Shown here one piece after another: positions 42,769-51,854 of a DNA stretch of 51,869 nt; position 1 is the stretch's first letter, and every line of letters starts with the position of its first letter. Below the pieces are notes generated by a model. It was not told the DNA's origin, did no database searches, and saw only the letters and a list, made by a program, of their open reading frames with translations. Source of the DNA: a virus. The DNA lies in the IMG/VR virus record IMGVR_UViG_3300020577_002236, positions 1 to 51,869 of that record. One strand, written 5' to 3'. The position numbers and the translations under genes were made by a program.

Positions 42769-44040
42769 TTAGTAGACTTTATTGAGCACTTTGCGAGCTT
42801 TCTGACGTTCTAATTCTTTCTCTTCCTCAGTGAGTTGTCTCGTCCCTGTGACATAAGCATCACCAATACCCATACCCTGTGACCCATAGATTCGGTTCAC
42901 AATATTGTACGGGGAATTGGGGTTCACTAAGTTAACCATACCAGAGAATCCTGAGTCATGATTAGAAAAGCCGAGTGGGGCTCTCTCTTTCTTAGGAGCA
43001 CTAATTGTTCCATCCTTGTTCACAATCAAACCTTGTGCTTTAAGAGCTTCCTCAGGAGTAATTTTTCCGTAGTTGATAACTTCATCTGAGCCTACAGCTA
43101 AATTGCCTCCGAACAATGAGTCACGTTTTGCTTTCTCAGCAGCAGGTGTAGCTGTAGCGGGACGTTTCCGTTGAACTAAGTTGCCTTGAGCATCCTGTTC
43201 CCAAGGATACTTTGGTAAGCCTAACTGTGTTGCTACATTCTTGAGCATGTTATTTCCACTAACCATCCCACCTAACACAGAAGCAGAATCATCAGTAGGG
43301 GCAATAGGATTCTCACGAATAGTGTAACCACCAGTAGTCGGATTCTTTACTACACTCATTCTGTCATTCACAGCTTGCCAAGGCTCTCTACCACCACGAA
43401 GTGCTGTCTGTGTAGACAAGTTGAGGGCCTCGCGCTCCGCCCCAACACGTTGTGCAGGTAAACCTTGTCGGATACCTTCCAGTGCAGTAGTAGCTGCTAG
43501 CCCTTCCGTGGCGCTACGGTTAGGGTAAAGAATAGCTACTTGTTCATCAGTCAATTCTTTAGGTGCACCAATAGCATCACGAACAATCTTTGCCTCTTCT
43601 GTTGCTTGCTTAACAGCTATACTGTAACGCTGCTTCGACTCAATAGGTGAAGCTTGTGCATTAAGGTTAGCAGCTTGCATCGCTTGTGCGATAGCAGGTC
43701 GGTGTAAGTAGTCGTCAGCTGTAGGATTAAAGATTTGACCAGTCTCTTGATACTTCTCCCAAGAATTAGCTTTAATGGGAACTCGTGAATTGTAACCAGC
43801 AGCTTCTAACTCTCGGACAGTCTGCTCATCTTTAGTCTCTTTGATTTTCTTCTCAGAGTAGCGACGTCCCTCTTCTTCTCGCCCTTCATTATATTTGCGA
43901 CGGTCAGTCTCTTTCGCTCCCTCATAAGAGCGCTCTTGTTCTATCTGCTGTTCACGATACTTACGATCTTCTTCTTTCTCTTTCTCGCGATCATAATCGC
44001 TCATCCACTTAGTTACGAAATTCATCAATGAGGCATTCAT
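42769..44040 (-). CDS. Putative internal virion protein (423 aa)
   Basis: It has a charged coiled-coil N-terminus (EKEKEEDRKYREQQIEQER...) and lies adjacent to the giant protein. Confidence 0.5.
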   Translation of the reverse strand: MNASLMNFVTKWMSDYDREKEKEEDRKYREQQIEQERSYEGAKETDRRKYNEGREEEGRRYSEKKIKETKDEQTVRELEAAGYNSRVPIKANSWEKYQETGQIFNPTADDYLHRPAIAQAMQAANLNAQASPIESKQRYSIAVKQATEEAKIVRDAIGAPKELTDEQVAILYPNRSATEGLAATTALEGIRQGLPAQRVGAEREALNLSTQTALRGGREPWQAVNDRMSVVKNPTTGGYTIRENPIAPTDDSASVLGGMVSGNNMLKNVATQLGLPKYPWEQDAQGNLVQRKRPATATPAAEKAKRDSLFGGNLAVGSDEVINYGKITPEEALKAQGLIVNKDGTISAPKKERAPLGFSNHDSGFSGMVNLVNPNSPYNIVNRIYGSQGMGIGDAYVTGTRQLTEEEKELERQKARKVLNKVY

Positions 44041-44483
44041 AGCTCAATATCCTTTAAATGTAAACGGTGTGCATGTTCACGAAACTTCAATGAGAATTTG
44101 TCCAGAATATCTTGACCAAACTCCAACAAAATGACAGCAAAAACCATGTTAACAGCAGCATGGCTAAGAGCTTTGCTGTCTCTTCTTTTCCAATCTTCAT
44201 CAGCGCGCTCCCACATAGCGCTGTCAAAATACTGACAATGAATAATGCGGTCAACCAAGTAAAGCATCTGGCCATATTTTCTCCAGTATTCAGTGTTGTA
44301 AACGCAGGCTGCTAATGAAGTCAATTTACGTTTCCGTTCCTCATCGAACGGTTCATCCATGTCATCATCGACTGTTTCATAGTATTCACAAGACAGCTTA
44401 AGGTATTCCCAAGCTTCCTCATGTCCTTTGAACATTTCCTCATATTCTCTGTAGAGGTCTTGGTCGATGAATTTCAGGTTCAT
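44037..44483 (-). CDS. Hypothetical protein (148 aa)
   Basis: Coupled ORF in the structural arm. Confidence 0.55.
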   Translation of the reverse strand: MNLKFIDQDLYREYEEMFKGHEEAWEYLKLSCEYYETVDDDMDEPFDEERKRKLTSLAACVYNTEYWRKYGQMLYLVDRIIHCQYFDSAMWERADEDWKRRDSKALSHAAVNMVFAVILLEFGQDILDKFSLKFREHAHRLHLKDIEL

Positions 44484-45295
44484 TAGGAGTTAGCTCCGAT
44501 TTGGTCCATCGCGTAACGATTACTGTTCTTCCAATTATACTCAGCAGTGAGTGCATTTTGTGCGCCAGTAGCACTAGCAATATTGCCCATAGTGCCTTGA
44601 CCAAACTGAAACGCATTGTTAGAGGAAGGCATTGGAGTAGTGCCCTGAGTAAGAGCAGTACTAACTGGGTTGAATGTAGTGTTCTTGCCTTGCATAAACC
44701 CAGATGCATTATTTACAATGTTCCCAAGTTCAGCACGTTTCTGTGCTAGACGGTCACCATACTGCATAGCATTACTGACTGCTGTAGTGGCATTATCAAG
44801 TCCTAGTGTGCCTGTAGCATAATTGCTCTTAGCAAGCTCACGCTCAACTTCCGCCCTTTCACCACCAGACAAGCCATTCAAGTTAATGCTGTTCAGCAAG
44901 TTACCAGTCTGTGTAGCAGCCTTTTCACGAATAGCTGCATACTCAGGATTGACTCGGTCATCAAGCTGCTTGGCGGCTACAGCTACATCTCCGCCAGAAC
45001 CAGCTAGCATTCCAGCAGCAATCCTGTTCTGCTCCTCTGTGTTAGAAGCATTAAGTGCAGTATAGCCGGGCGCTACAGCTTTAGCTGCTTCAAGGTCAGC
45101 TTGTGCTAGAGGTACAGACTGTGAAGAAGTCGCTCTAAGGATGTTCGGAATATGAGTCGCATAAGCGCTCAAAATCTGGTCAGTAGTTTCTCGGGACGCT
45201 TGTGGTGCTGTTCCAGCTGTTGGTAGGCTCATATCAGATGCTTCGTTAATTCCTATGCCCGTCAAGAGCATTGAATCCATTGTTGGTTCTCCCAT
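44483..45295 (-). CDS. Putative internal virion protein (270 aa)
   Basis: A/G/N/T-rich and low in aromatic residues. Assigned by structural-arm context. Confidence 0.5.
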   Translation of the reverse strand: MGEPTMDSMLLTGIGINEASDMSLPTAGTAPQASRETTDQILSAYATHIPNILRATSSQSVPLAQADLEAAKAVAPGYTALNASNTEEQNRIAAGMLAGSGGDVAVAAKQLDDRVNPEYAAIREKAATQTGNLLNSINLNGLSGGERAEVERELAKSNYATGTLGLDNATTAVSNAMQYGDRLAQKRAELGNIVNNASGFMQGKNTTFNPVSTALTQGTTPMPSSNNAFQFGQGTMGNIASATGAQNALTAEYNWKNSNRYAMDQIGANS

Positions 45296-45638
45296 AAATC
45301 TTCCTTACGAGATGGTTTGTATTGTATCGAACAAACTTGCCCCGTCTGTGTGCTGTTAAATTGAGTGTTGGGTATGTTCGTTCAAAGTAACCTATTAAGT
45401 TCCTCAGCACACCCTTCTCAGTTGTGATTGCGTTAGAGACATACAGTGTTCCTCTACAGTAATCTGCAACACCCCATGCTAATCCGTTAAGTTCCCCTGC
45501 CTCATTCAAACTGTACGTTAAAGTGCGCTGTTTCAAGGAGTTCATTATGGAGAAAGTGATCTCTATGAGAGACCAATCCTTGCACACTTTACCTTTTCTG
45601 TTCTTGAGGACATACTTAACTAAATCTTTAACTGTCAT
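45246..45638 (-). CDS. Hypothetical protein (130 aa)
   Basis: It has a 4-nt overlap with the upstream gene and a 50-nt overlap with the downstream ORF. Confidence 0.5.
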   Translation of the reverse strand: MTVKDLVKYVLKNRKGKVCKDWSLIEITFSIMNSLKQRTLTYSLNEAGELNGLAWGVADYCRGTLYVSNAITTEKGVLRNLIGYFERTYPTLNLTAHRRGKFVRYNTNHLVRKIYGRTNNGFNALDGHRN

Positions 45639-47356
45639 GTCTGTGACCTTAGAGAGTTGATAGGTTTCATGTCAACTACATCAACACTGAACCCCATGAG
45701 TTCCGCTTGGCTAGTCCAAGTGATAATGTTGTATGCTTGACTGCCTTGTTCACAGTTCGGTGTAGGGAAATTCTCTGTCCGAATGTTGGTGTTCACATCA
45801 TTGAGCTGTCCTAGCCCACTGTATACTTGCACTGGTGCTTGATACCGGATGCTCTTTGTGATAGTGCCAACTTTACTAGGCTGCCCTATTACGAACGGTG
45901 TAACTGATGCAGTCATGTCCTTTGTAATGTCAGAGAATACACACTTAGTCATCTGCAATTTGTGCTCCCAATTCGGAGGAACACCATCAGAACCTACTCG
46001 AAGCACTTTCGGAGAAAAGCTAAGAGTTCTAATTAGAGGAGCATATGTTGTGCCACGGTAGAATGTGTACAACTTGTCGTCACTAGTGATACCATACAAG
46101 CGTTGGACAGTCAGCTCAATCTTAGCGAACATTTTCACTAGAGAACCACCTGTCTGTAATAAATCAAACCCCACCCAACTCTGAGTGAGCGTGTCATAGA
46201 CTGCAACTGCTGGACCTAGGATAGTGTTCACTGCATAATTCTCATAATTGTCATAGAGAATTGCAGCGGCGGAAGTTGCTGACTGAGTGATGTTCTCCTT
46301 GGCAGCAGTCAAGAAGATAGACTGAATCATCAGTGAGAACACTGAGTTCCGTCCTTCGTTCTGTGTCTGTAAGATAGCATTGAAAGAGCGAATCCCTGTC
46401 AAATCAATGAATCGAGTGTCACCTAGCGAATCAATGATAGCTCGGTCAGATAAGCAAGTAGCATTGAACAGAAATGTCCTGATGAATGTGAACTCACCCC
46501 ACACTCTAGGAGCATTGGGGTTCTGGTTCTTCGTCACTACGAAGTTAGCGTTACCAGCAGCGACAAATAGTCCGCCTGTGGACATTTGCCTTAAACAGCT
46601 AATCCCACCAACCCCTACAGAATGGTCAGAAGTTGTAGCGTCGCCACCCTTGTCACCATTCTTATCAATATTGACAACGAAATCAAGTGGCCTGCCTTCA
46701 ACTGACCTGTAAATCCGGCTGTAGTCCTGTGATACTACATGCAGAATTCCGTCAACCCATGCCATAGCATTACCAATGGGGACATATTCACGATTATCTC
46801 CAGAAATAACAGTGGAACTGTCCTCAGTCCATGACCACTGACTGTAAGTCTGCAAAACTCGTGATGTAGGTAGGCCAGTATTGACATCAATGTATACAAA
46901 CTGTGGTTGATTGATGTTATCTTGCACCACTAACCCAGAAAGATTGCCTGCACTAGCTCCAGAAACCACATTCAGCGTCACAGAAGCGTTCGCATTGCCA
47001 GCTGTAGCTAATTTTCTGAGGTATTTGGAGCTCAAAACAGGGACTACTTCTGTCCAAAAACGGGGAGCGTCCTTAGACATCTGGAATCCAAGGATACGTT
47101 TCCATCCTGTAGCGGTGTAATGTCTATAATAGCAGAGTCCAGCACAGAAAAGGATGATGAACTCACCGAATGTCCTAATCTCTTGCTTCACACCAGCAGG
47201 AGCATGGATGTCTAAGACACCATTTGCTACAGGGCTGAGCTTCCCAAACCTATTTCGAACATTCAACCCTAGACGGTATTGATTCTCTTTCAGATTTGTG
47301 TCATCTGCGAGGAGATTCATCCCACCATTGAATGCTTGTTGTGTAAAGGAGGACAT
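45635..47356 (-). CDS. Large virion structural protein (573 aa; possible tail tube/nozzle)
   Basis: Assigned by size and position between the adaptor-like and internal-protein genes. No motif. Confidence 0.5.
   Translation of the reverse strand: MSSFTQQAFNGGMNLLADDTNLKENQYRLGLNVRNRFGKLSPVANGVLDIHAPAGVKQEIRTFGEFIILFCAGLCYYRHYTATGWKRILGFQMSKDAPRFWTEVVPVLSSKYLRKLATAGNANASVTLNVVSGASAGNLSGLVVQDNINQPQFVYIDVNTGLPTSRVLQTYSQWSWTEDSSTVISGDNREYVPIGNAMAWVDGILHVVSQDYSRIYRSVEGRPLDFVVNIDKNGDKGGDATTSDHSVGVGGISCLRQMSTGGLFVAAGNANFVVTKNQNPNAPRVWGEFTFIRTFLFNATCLSDRAIIDSLGDTRFIDLTGIRSFNAILQTQNEGRNSVFSLMIQSIFLTAAKENITQSATSAAAILYDNYENYAVNTILGPAVAVYDTLTQSWVGFDLLQTGGSLVKMFAKIELTVQRLYGITSDDKLYTFYRGTTYAPLIRTLSFSPKVLRVGSDGVPPNWEHKLQMTKCVFSDITKDMTASVTPFVIGQPSKVGTITKSIRYQAPVQVYSGLGQLNDVNTNIRTENFPTPNCEQGSQAYNIITWTSQAELMGFSVDVVDMKPINSLRSQT
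46040..46055 (-). promoter_or_regulatory. sigma54-type -24/-12 motif, intragenic (TGGCACAACATATGCT)
   Basis: Exact motif match, co-oriented with the genes, but inside ORF 45635..47356 and about 400 nt upstream of the next start. Confidence 0.35.
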
Positions 47357-47358
47357 AT

Positions 47359-48333
47359 TTAGACGTTAGGCAAGTTTGGAAACCAACCTGGACGATAAGG
47401 ACGAATCTGATACAGGAGTGAATCGTGAGGATTAGGGACTAGAGCAATCACATCCTCAGTAGCTCTGTTCTCATTGTTATGGATTCGGCCTAGGGTGCGA
47501 GTAGCTTTCTGGTCATAGGCCAGAGCTAAGTCAGTTTTCTCAGCTTCTTGGTAGTAGAGCTGTAGAGCCTTGTTGACTACAACCTCATCATAACCCATAG
47601 CTGGGAACTCATCTGAATCTACAGACAGTAGAGCAAGCCGCTTTTTGTAAAGCACCTCAATCCAATGTGCTTGAATTGACCCACCATCATTGTTAGACCA
47701 AGGTAGAGAGCTGACATCGATGTGTAAATATTCAGACTGTAGTTGATTGTTCGGGATAGTGGCCATCTCAAGACCATCAACATCAGTGAGAACTGCATTG
47801 TAAGTGTTGTAGCGATTCTTTGTGAAAGAAACTACATCATTGAACACATTCGTAGTGGTCTTAGTGACTTCATCCATCACCAATGTTTCACTGATGCGGT
47901 CAGAGAAATCATTAGACCCAACTACTGTGACTTCAATAGGCGGATTTTCTACAGCATAAACAGTCACAGTGAATGTAGACTGGTTACGGATAGATGTGTG
48001 CAAGGCATGCTTGTTCTTGATGCGATAGTTTCGCCACATCTCAGGCCAATTCACTACATTGTAGCGAGGACGCATCTGAGTGATGTGAATCGGAACTTGT
48101 GTATCAAATGGACGAGCCGCTCGGAGGTCACCAAAGTAGCTAGGAAATGCTACAGTTTGATCACCATTGATCTTAAACAGCTGCTCGACAAGTGAACCAG
48201 CCATGTCAGATTCATCATAGAGTTCTTTAGCACCCTCATTGATGAACCTGAGCGCCACGCTACGTTGATTCTCTTGGGCCTGGTCAAGACCAATCTTATT
48301 ACAGAATTGGTCCAGTATGTATTTGAGAGGCAT
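47359..48333 (-). CDS. Virion structural protein (324 aa; possible adaptor/tail tubular A)
   Basis: Positional call. Confidence 0.45.
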   Translation of the reverse strand: MPLKYILDQFCNKIGLDQAQENQRSVALRFINEGAKELYDESDMAGSLVEQLFKINGDQTVAFPSYFGDLRAARPFDTQVPIHITQMRPRYNVVNWPEMWRNYRIKNKHALHTSIRNQSTFTVTVYAVENPPIEVTVVGSNDFSDRISETLVMDEVTKTTTNVFNDVVSFTKNRYNTYNAVLTDVDGLEMATIPNNQLQSEYLHIDVSSLPWSNNDGGSIQAHWIEVLYKKRLALLSVDSDEFPAMGYDEVVVNKALQLYYQEAEKTDLALAYDQKATRTLGRIHNNENRATEDVIALVPNPHDSLLYQIRPYRPGWFPNLPNV

Positions 48334-48338
48334 AAGAC

Positions 48339-49538
48339 TTAAGTCAAAGTTCCAGAGATTTCTTCTACTGACATAAATGCGTTAGCAGATGCTCCAAATG
48401 TATTGGCAACACCATTAACCATGTTGAAGTTAGCATTGCCACCACCAACTGAGCCAATACCAAATTGGATAGAGTATGTTCGTGCTATTAACGAAGCTGC
48501 GGACACACAGAAGTCAATAGACATGTTAGCTGTATTTCCGTTTGTACCAATCATCACAGACCTAGTTTGGAGAGCATTAGCTGACTCACTACTAAACAAT
48601 GCTACAACTATATGACCACCTGCTGTACTTTGAGAGAACATTGCATTAAATCTTACACGAATAATGCTAGCAGCATTTAATGGTGTAATAGCAATAGCTG
48701 CACCTGTAAGTGCAACACCATCAGCAGTGGTTGGAACTGCATTGCTTATTGTAAATGTAGTAGTGGTAGTTTGTGTCCCAGTGAGTGCTTTCACCAATGT
48801 CTGGAGTGCTGCACCACTAGTAGCTAACTCGAATCCATTGGTGTAAGGACTAGCTACACGAACCACTTTCCCGACATCAGCTGCACTAGCAGGATTAGCC
48901 AGCTGAGTAATCTTAGCATCAACCCATTCTGCAGCAGTTGCTCCTGCATTAGTTCGAAGGACAGCATAACCAACACCAGACGGGTCAATCTTAGCAAGAG
49001 TCACTGCCTCAGCTGCCAACTTGTCAGTAGTCACGTTGAGGTCAGCAATCTTAGCAGTAGTGATTGCACCAGTAGCCACTGATGGATTCGGGTAGACACC
49101 AGTAAGGTCACCACTAGCTGCACCGCCAGGAGCAAAGGTGAGAGGAACACCAGTGAGCTTAGAGTAGTCAAGGTCAACAATCTTGGAATCAGTGATAGTG
49201 TTGTCAGCAATCATGCTGTTCACAATAACACCAGTTCCGAGAGCAGCAATATTGATGGAGACCCACTTCAAATATGTGGGGTCAGATGTTGCTGTATCGT
49301 TCCACAAGTATGCACCAACAGATGAAGCACTATTGCGCTTCCAAAGGAAACGCTTGAGTTCTGGATAAGTGTTGGCGTCAGGCACAACTGGAACACCAAG
49401 CACATCAGTGGTGCTATATGTGAAACCAGTATCAGCTCCCGGCTCAAGACCTGTCCCATATTGGTAGAGTTGCGCTCCAGACAACGTAGGATAAGCAGTC
49501 GGGTCAAACGGAGGATTGATGTATTGAGGCTGTGGCAT
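48339..49538 (-). CDS. Tail fibre-like protein
   Basis: It has repeated 'I.D..IT..KI.DL......KL' heptad-like units (NTITDSKIVDLDYSKLTG, ITTAKIADLNVTTDKLAAEAVTLAKI) and a T/A/G-rich C-terminal domain. Confidence 0.55.
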   Translation of the reverse strand: MPQPQYINPPFDPTAYPTLSGAQLYQYGTGLEPGADTGFTYSTTDVLGVPVVPDANTYPELKRFLWKRNSASSVGAYLWNDTATSDPTYLKWVSINIAALGTGVIVNSMIADNTITDSKIVDLDYSKLTGVPLTFAPGGAASGDLTGVYPNPSVATGAITTAKIADLNVTTDKLAAEAVTLAKIDPSGVGYAVLRTNAGATAAEWVDAKITQLANPASAADVGKVVRVASPYTNGFELATSGAALQTLVKALTGTQTTTTTFTISNAVPTTADGVALTGAAIAITPLNAASIIRVRFNAMFSQSTAGGHIVVALFSSESANALQTRSVMIGTNGNTANMSIDFCVSAASLIARTYSIQFGIGSVGGGNANFNMVNGVANTFGASANAFMSVEEISGTLT

Positions 49539-49546
49539 AAATGTTC

Positions 49547-50380
49547 TTAGCTGTTGAGTGTTGGATAACTACCAGCCGGCCAACTAATCGGTAAGTTGGC
49601 AGGAAGTGCTACAGTCAAGTCAGTAACTATAGCTGAATTTGCGATGAGCAAAGTATCGTTGGCATACCTATAATCATAGACACCCAACTTGGAAGTGTAT
49701 AGAGTGATGTCAGTAGCTTGTGAAACAGTGGTAGCTATTGTAGCAAATGGAGCAGTCCCAGTTCCAACATTGAATGTCCAATTCCCTACAGGTGTCACAA
49801 TGCCAGGGGAAAGAATCTGGTTAAGCCCAAACACTACTGACCACTGGTGGCCAATAGTGAGCACTGCATTGTAAGTTGACCCATTCCACAATCCTGTTCC
49901 TGAGTTGTATACGTATAGAGAATTTACCGCTGCCGTGTCACATCCAGCAAGCGTGAAACTTGCTAGTGCATCAAACGGAGGTTCTACATTCCAAATCTCA
50001 ATGCGGAAATTCTTACCAATCTTCTGCTTAGTGTAGAGTGGAATCTCAGCAAAGAACAGTTCACCAACTCCTTCCCAAAGACGATACCTGTGAACATTGT
50101 ATTGTGAGTCAACCCACATCACACAAGCAACGTAATTTGGATTCGTCGGAGCAGTGAATGCTTTCAGCGAAAAGTTATTAGCAGCCCCATAGTTGAAGAT
50201 TGCAACAATCTCAGAGTAACCTTTCCACTGAGTCGCCACGGAGAAAGCTGGCAGAGTGATGTAAGACTTAGTCCTCGTCAACACAGGGACTGGATTGCAG
50301 TCAAGCCACCGTTGTAATTGACGAGGATTAGTAATCGCTCCAGCTTCGTTGCTGGGAGGAGGAGCTACTGGTTGAGGCAT
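49547..50380 (-). CDS. Virion structural protein (277 aa)
   Basis: First ORF downstream of the tandem -24/-12 motifs. It is beta-rich. Confidence 0.5.
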   Translation of the reverse strand: MPQPVAPPPSNEAGAITNPRQLQRWLDCNPVPVLTRTKSYITLPAFSVATQWKGYSEIVAIFNYGAANNFSLKAFTAPTNPNYVACVMWVDSQYNVHRYRLWEGVGELFFAEIPLYTKQKIGKNFRIEIWNVEPPFDALASFTLAGCDTAAVNSLYVYNSGTGLWNGSTYNAVLTIGHQWSVVFGLNQILSPGIVTPVGNWTFNVGTGTAPFATIATTVSQATDITLYTSKLGVYDYRYANDTLLIANSAIVTDLTVALPANLPISWPAGSYPTLNS

Positions 50381-50385
50381 ATCAC

Positions 50386-50559
50386 TTAAGATTGGTGTTC
50401 TCTCTTATAGTCCTCAGCAGTTATGCCTTGAGCTTTATGGAGAGCTGTGATAGCTTCATCTACAGTTTTAGCATTTTTGATGCCATCGAGAATGCTAATA
50501 GCAGCAGGTATGCCAACTTTAGCTACGAGTGATAGCCAGAGGAATTGTTCAGGTGTCAT
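50386..50559 (-). CDS. Small protein (57 aa)
   Basis: MTPEQFLWLSLVAKVGIPAAISILDGIKNAKTVDEAITALHKAQGITAEDYKREHQS. Its ATG overlaps the upstream stop (ATGA). It is below the track cutoff and contains the two promoter motifs. Confidence 0.45.
   Translation of the reverse strand: MTPEQFLWLSLVAKVGIPAAISILDGIKNAKTVDEAITALHKAQGITAEDYKREHQS
50470..50485 (-). promoter_or_regulatory. sigma54-type -24/-12 promoter candidate (TGGCATCAAAAATGCT)
   Basis: Exact motif match, about 90 nt upstream of ATG 50380. Confidence 0.55.
50500..50515 (-). promoter_or_regulatory. sigma54-type -24/-12 promoter candidate (TGGCATACCTGCTGCT)
   Basis: Exact motif match, 30 nt upstream of the previous one. It shares TGGCATAC...CTGCTA with the capsid-gene site. 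Confidence 0.55.
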
Positions 50560-50933
50560 AGTTTTGTTGCTGTTGCGAGTTGATTCTGGAACTTAGCGGT
50601 CTGCTGGACTACAATGTAGGGTTCAATGAGTGTTAGAATAGATGCGATAGCTAACTTGACCTCAGTCAGTTTCTTCTGAACATCTGCATCAGTTGCAGTC
50701 CCAGCTTTGTAGTGAACTAAGACAACCTCCATAGCAGCCGCTGCCGCTCGGAATTGTTCGTCCGCCTTTGTAATTTTGTAGTCGACTTCTGGTCGAATCA
50801 TATTAGCACGATATAGCTCACCATACTGGTTCATGATGTTGTGGCGGAGCTGAGTGAGTGTGACAATGCTACTGTAAAGTGTGGTGCAGCCACAGATGGC
50901 TACAATGAGTAGAGCACTAATTAGTTTTTTCAT
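50556..50933 (-). CDS. Lipoprotein (125 aa)
   Basis: MKKLISALLIVAICGC has a signal peptide with a lipobox-like L-I-V-A-I-C-G-C. The rest is helical. Confidence 0.6.
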   Translation of the reverse strand: MKKLISALLIVAICGCTTLYSSIVTLTQLRHNIMNQYGELYRANMIRPEVDYKITKADEQFRAAAAAMEVVLVHYKAGTATDADVQKKLTEVKLAIASILTLIEPYIVVQQTAKFQNQLATATKL

Positions 50934-51193
50934 GGCGTAGGTTTGTTGATGATTTCGGTGTTACCTGTAGCTTCTTGTGGAAGCGGAGATTGTTTCAGAA
51001 AGAAGAATAAATGAAGCAAAGTCGAAGTAACGACAACAATGCCAAGTTCTTTTAAGTTTAAAGGCTGAACTGTATTGTCAACTTGATTGCCTACTAGCAT
51101 ACCAAGCCATGCAGCACCAGATGATGCTACACCGCCGATGACAGTTTGACCTAGGGTGTATAGCCACTTATCCCATTTCAGTTTGATGCTCAT
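50930..51193 (-). CDS. Two-TM membrane protein (holin-like)
   Basis: The hydrophobic spans are TVIGGVASSGAAWLGMLVG and LGIVVVTSTLLHLFFFL. It is 87 aa. Confidence 0.45.
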   Translation of the reverse strand: MSIKLKWDKWLYTLGQTVIGGVASSGAAWLGMLVGNQVDNTVQPLNLKELGIVVVTSTLLHLFFFLKQSPLPQEATGNTEIINKPTP

Positions 51194-51202
51194 ATGTTTC
51201 TT

Positions 51203-51385
51203 TCAGTGTGTTCCGCCAAACTTTAACCAAAGTGTGGCTAGTGTTTGTAGTAGTGTTAAACCGCCCATGATTTGCCACAGTGTCCTCTGTATTTTGTTTA
51301 GTTCGAGTTTGATTTCGGTGATGGTTTGTTCCATAATTTCAACTTTAGCTTCTAGCGTTGCTATGCGTTCCCCTAGTTCACTCAT
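51203..51385 (-). CDS. Coiled-coil protein with C-terminal TM segment (60 aa)
   Basis: Start adjusted to ATG 51385 (MSELGERIATLEAKVEIMEQ...GGLTLLQTLATLWL). Confidence 0.45.
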   Translation of the reverse strand: MSELGERIATLEAKVEIMEQTITEIKLELNKIQRTLWQIMGGLTLLQTLATLWLKFGGTH

Positions 51386-51854
51386 AATGTGATAATTCCT
51401 GTCTGATTCGCAGATATAACTGCGGTGGTTCAACCGTGATGTTTGTTCCTAACACAAATGCGTCTTTGAACTGACCTACTACAGCAGTGTTCGTTTGAAC
51501 TACCGTTTTGAAAACCATGTTGCTTGGCCACAAAGCTACTGGTCCTTCTATATCACTTGACGATATAGCAGCTATCCCGTAGTGCCGACCTTTAACTAGT
51601 GGCAAAGACTTGTTAGTAATGACGTAATTTGTTTGCCAATCTAGCCGATAATTGCCTTCATAGACACGGAACTTACTCTCATCGGAATACCAGCTCAACA
51701 CATAGTGAGTCGGAACAGGCGGAACAGCCGCTACTTTAGGCATTGGTTGGGCTGCTACTTTGACAGCTAGAATCAGTAATATAAAGAACAATAAACCAGT
51801 CCGCCAACAACGGCAGCAGATTTCACCACAGCGATGACATGGGTTGTTCATCAA
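51378..51854 (-). CDS. Membrane-anchored protein with Cys-rich N-terminus and beta-sandwich-like ectodomain (158 aa)
   Basis: The 'NPCHRCGEICCRCW' cluster is followed by the TM segment 'LLFFILLILAVKVAA'. The start codon lies in the terminal repeat, and in the circle it follows the tailspike gene by 23 nt. Confidence 0.55.
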   Translation of the reverse strand: MMNNPCHRCGEICCRCWRTGLLFFILLILAVKVAAQPMPKVAAVPPVPTHYVLSWYSDESKFRVYEGNYRLDWQTNYVITNKSLPLVKGRHYGIAAISSSDIEGPVALWPSNMVFKTVVQTNTAVVGQFKDAFVLGTNITVEPPQLYLRIRQELSHYE

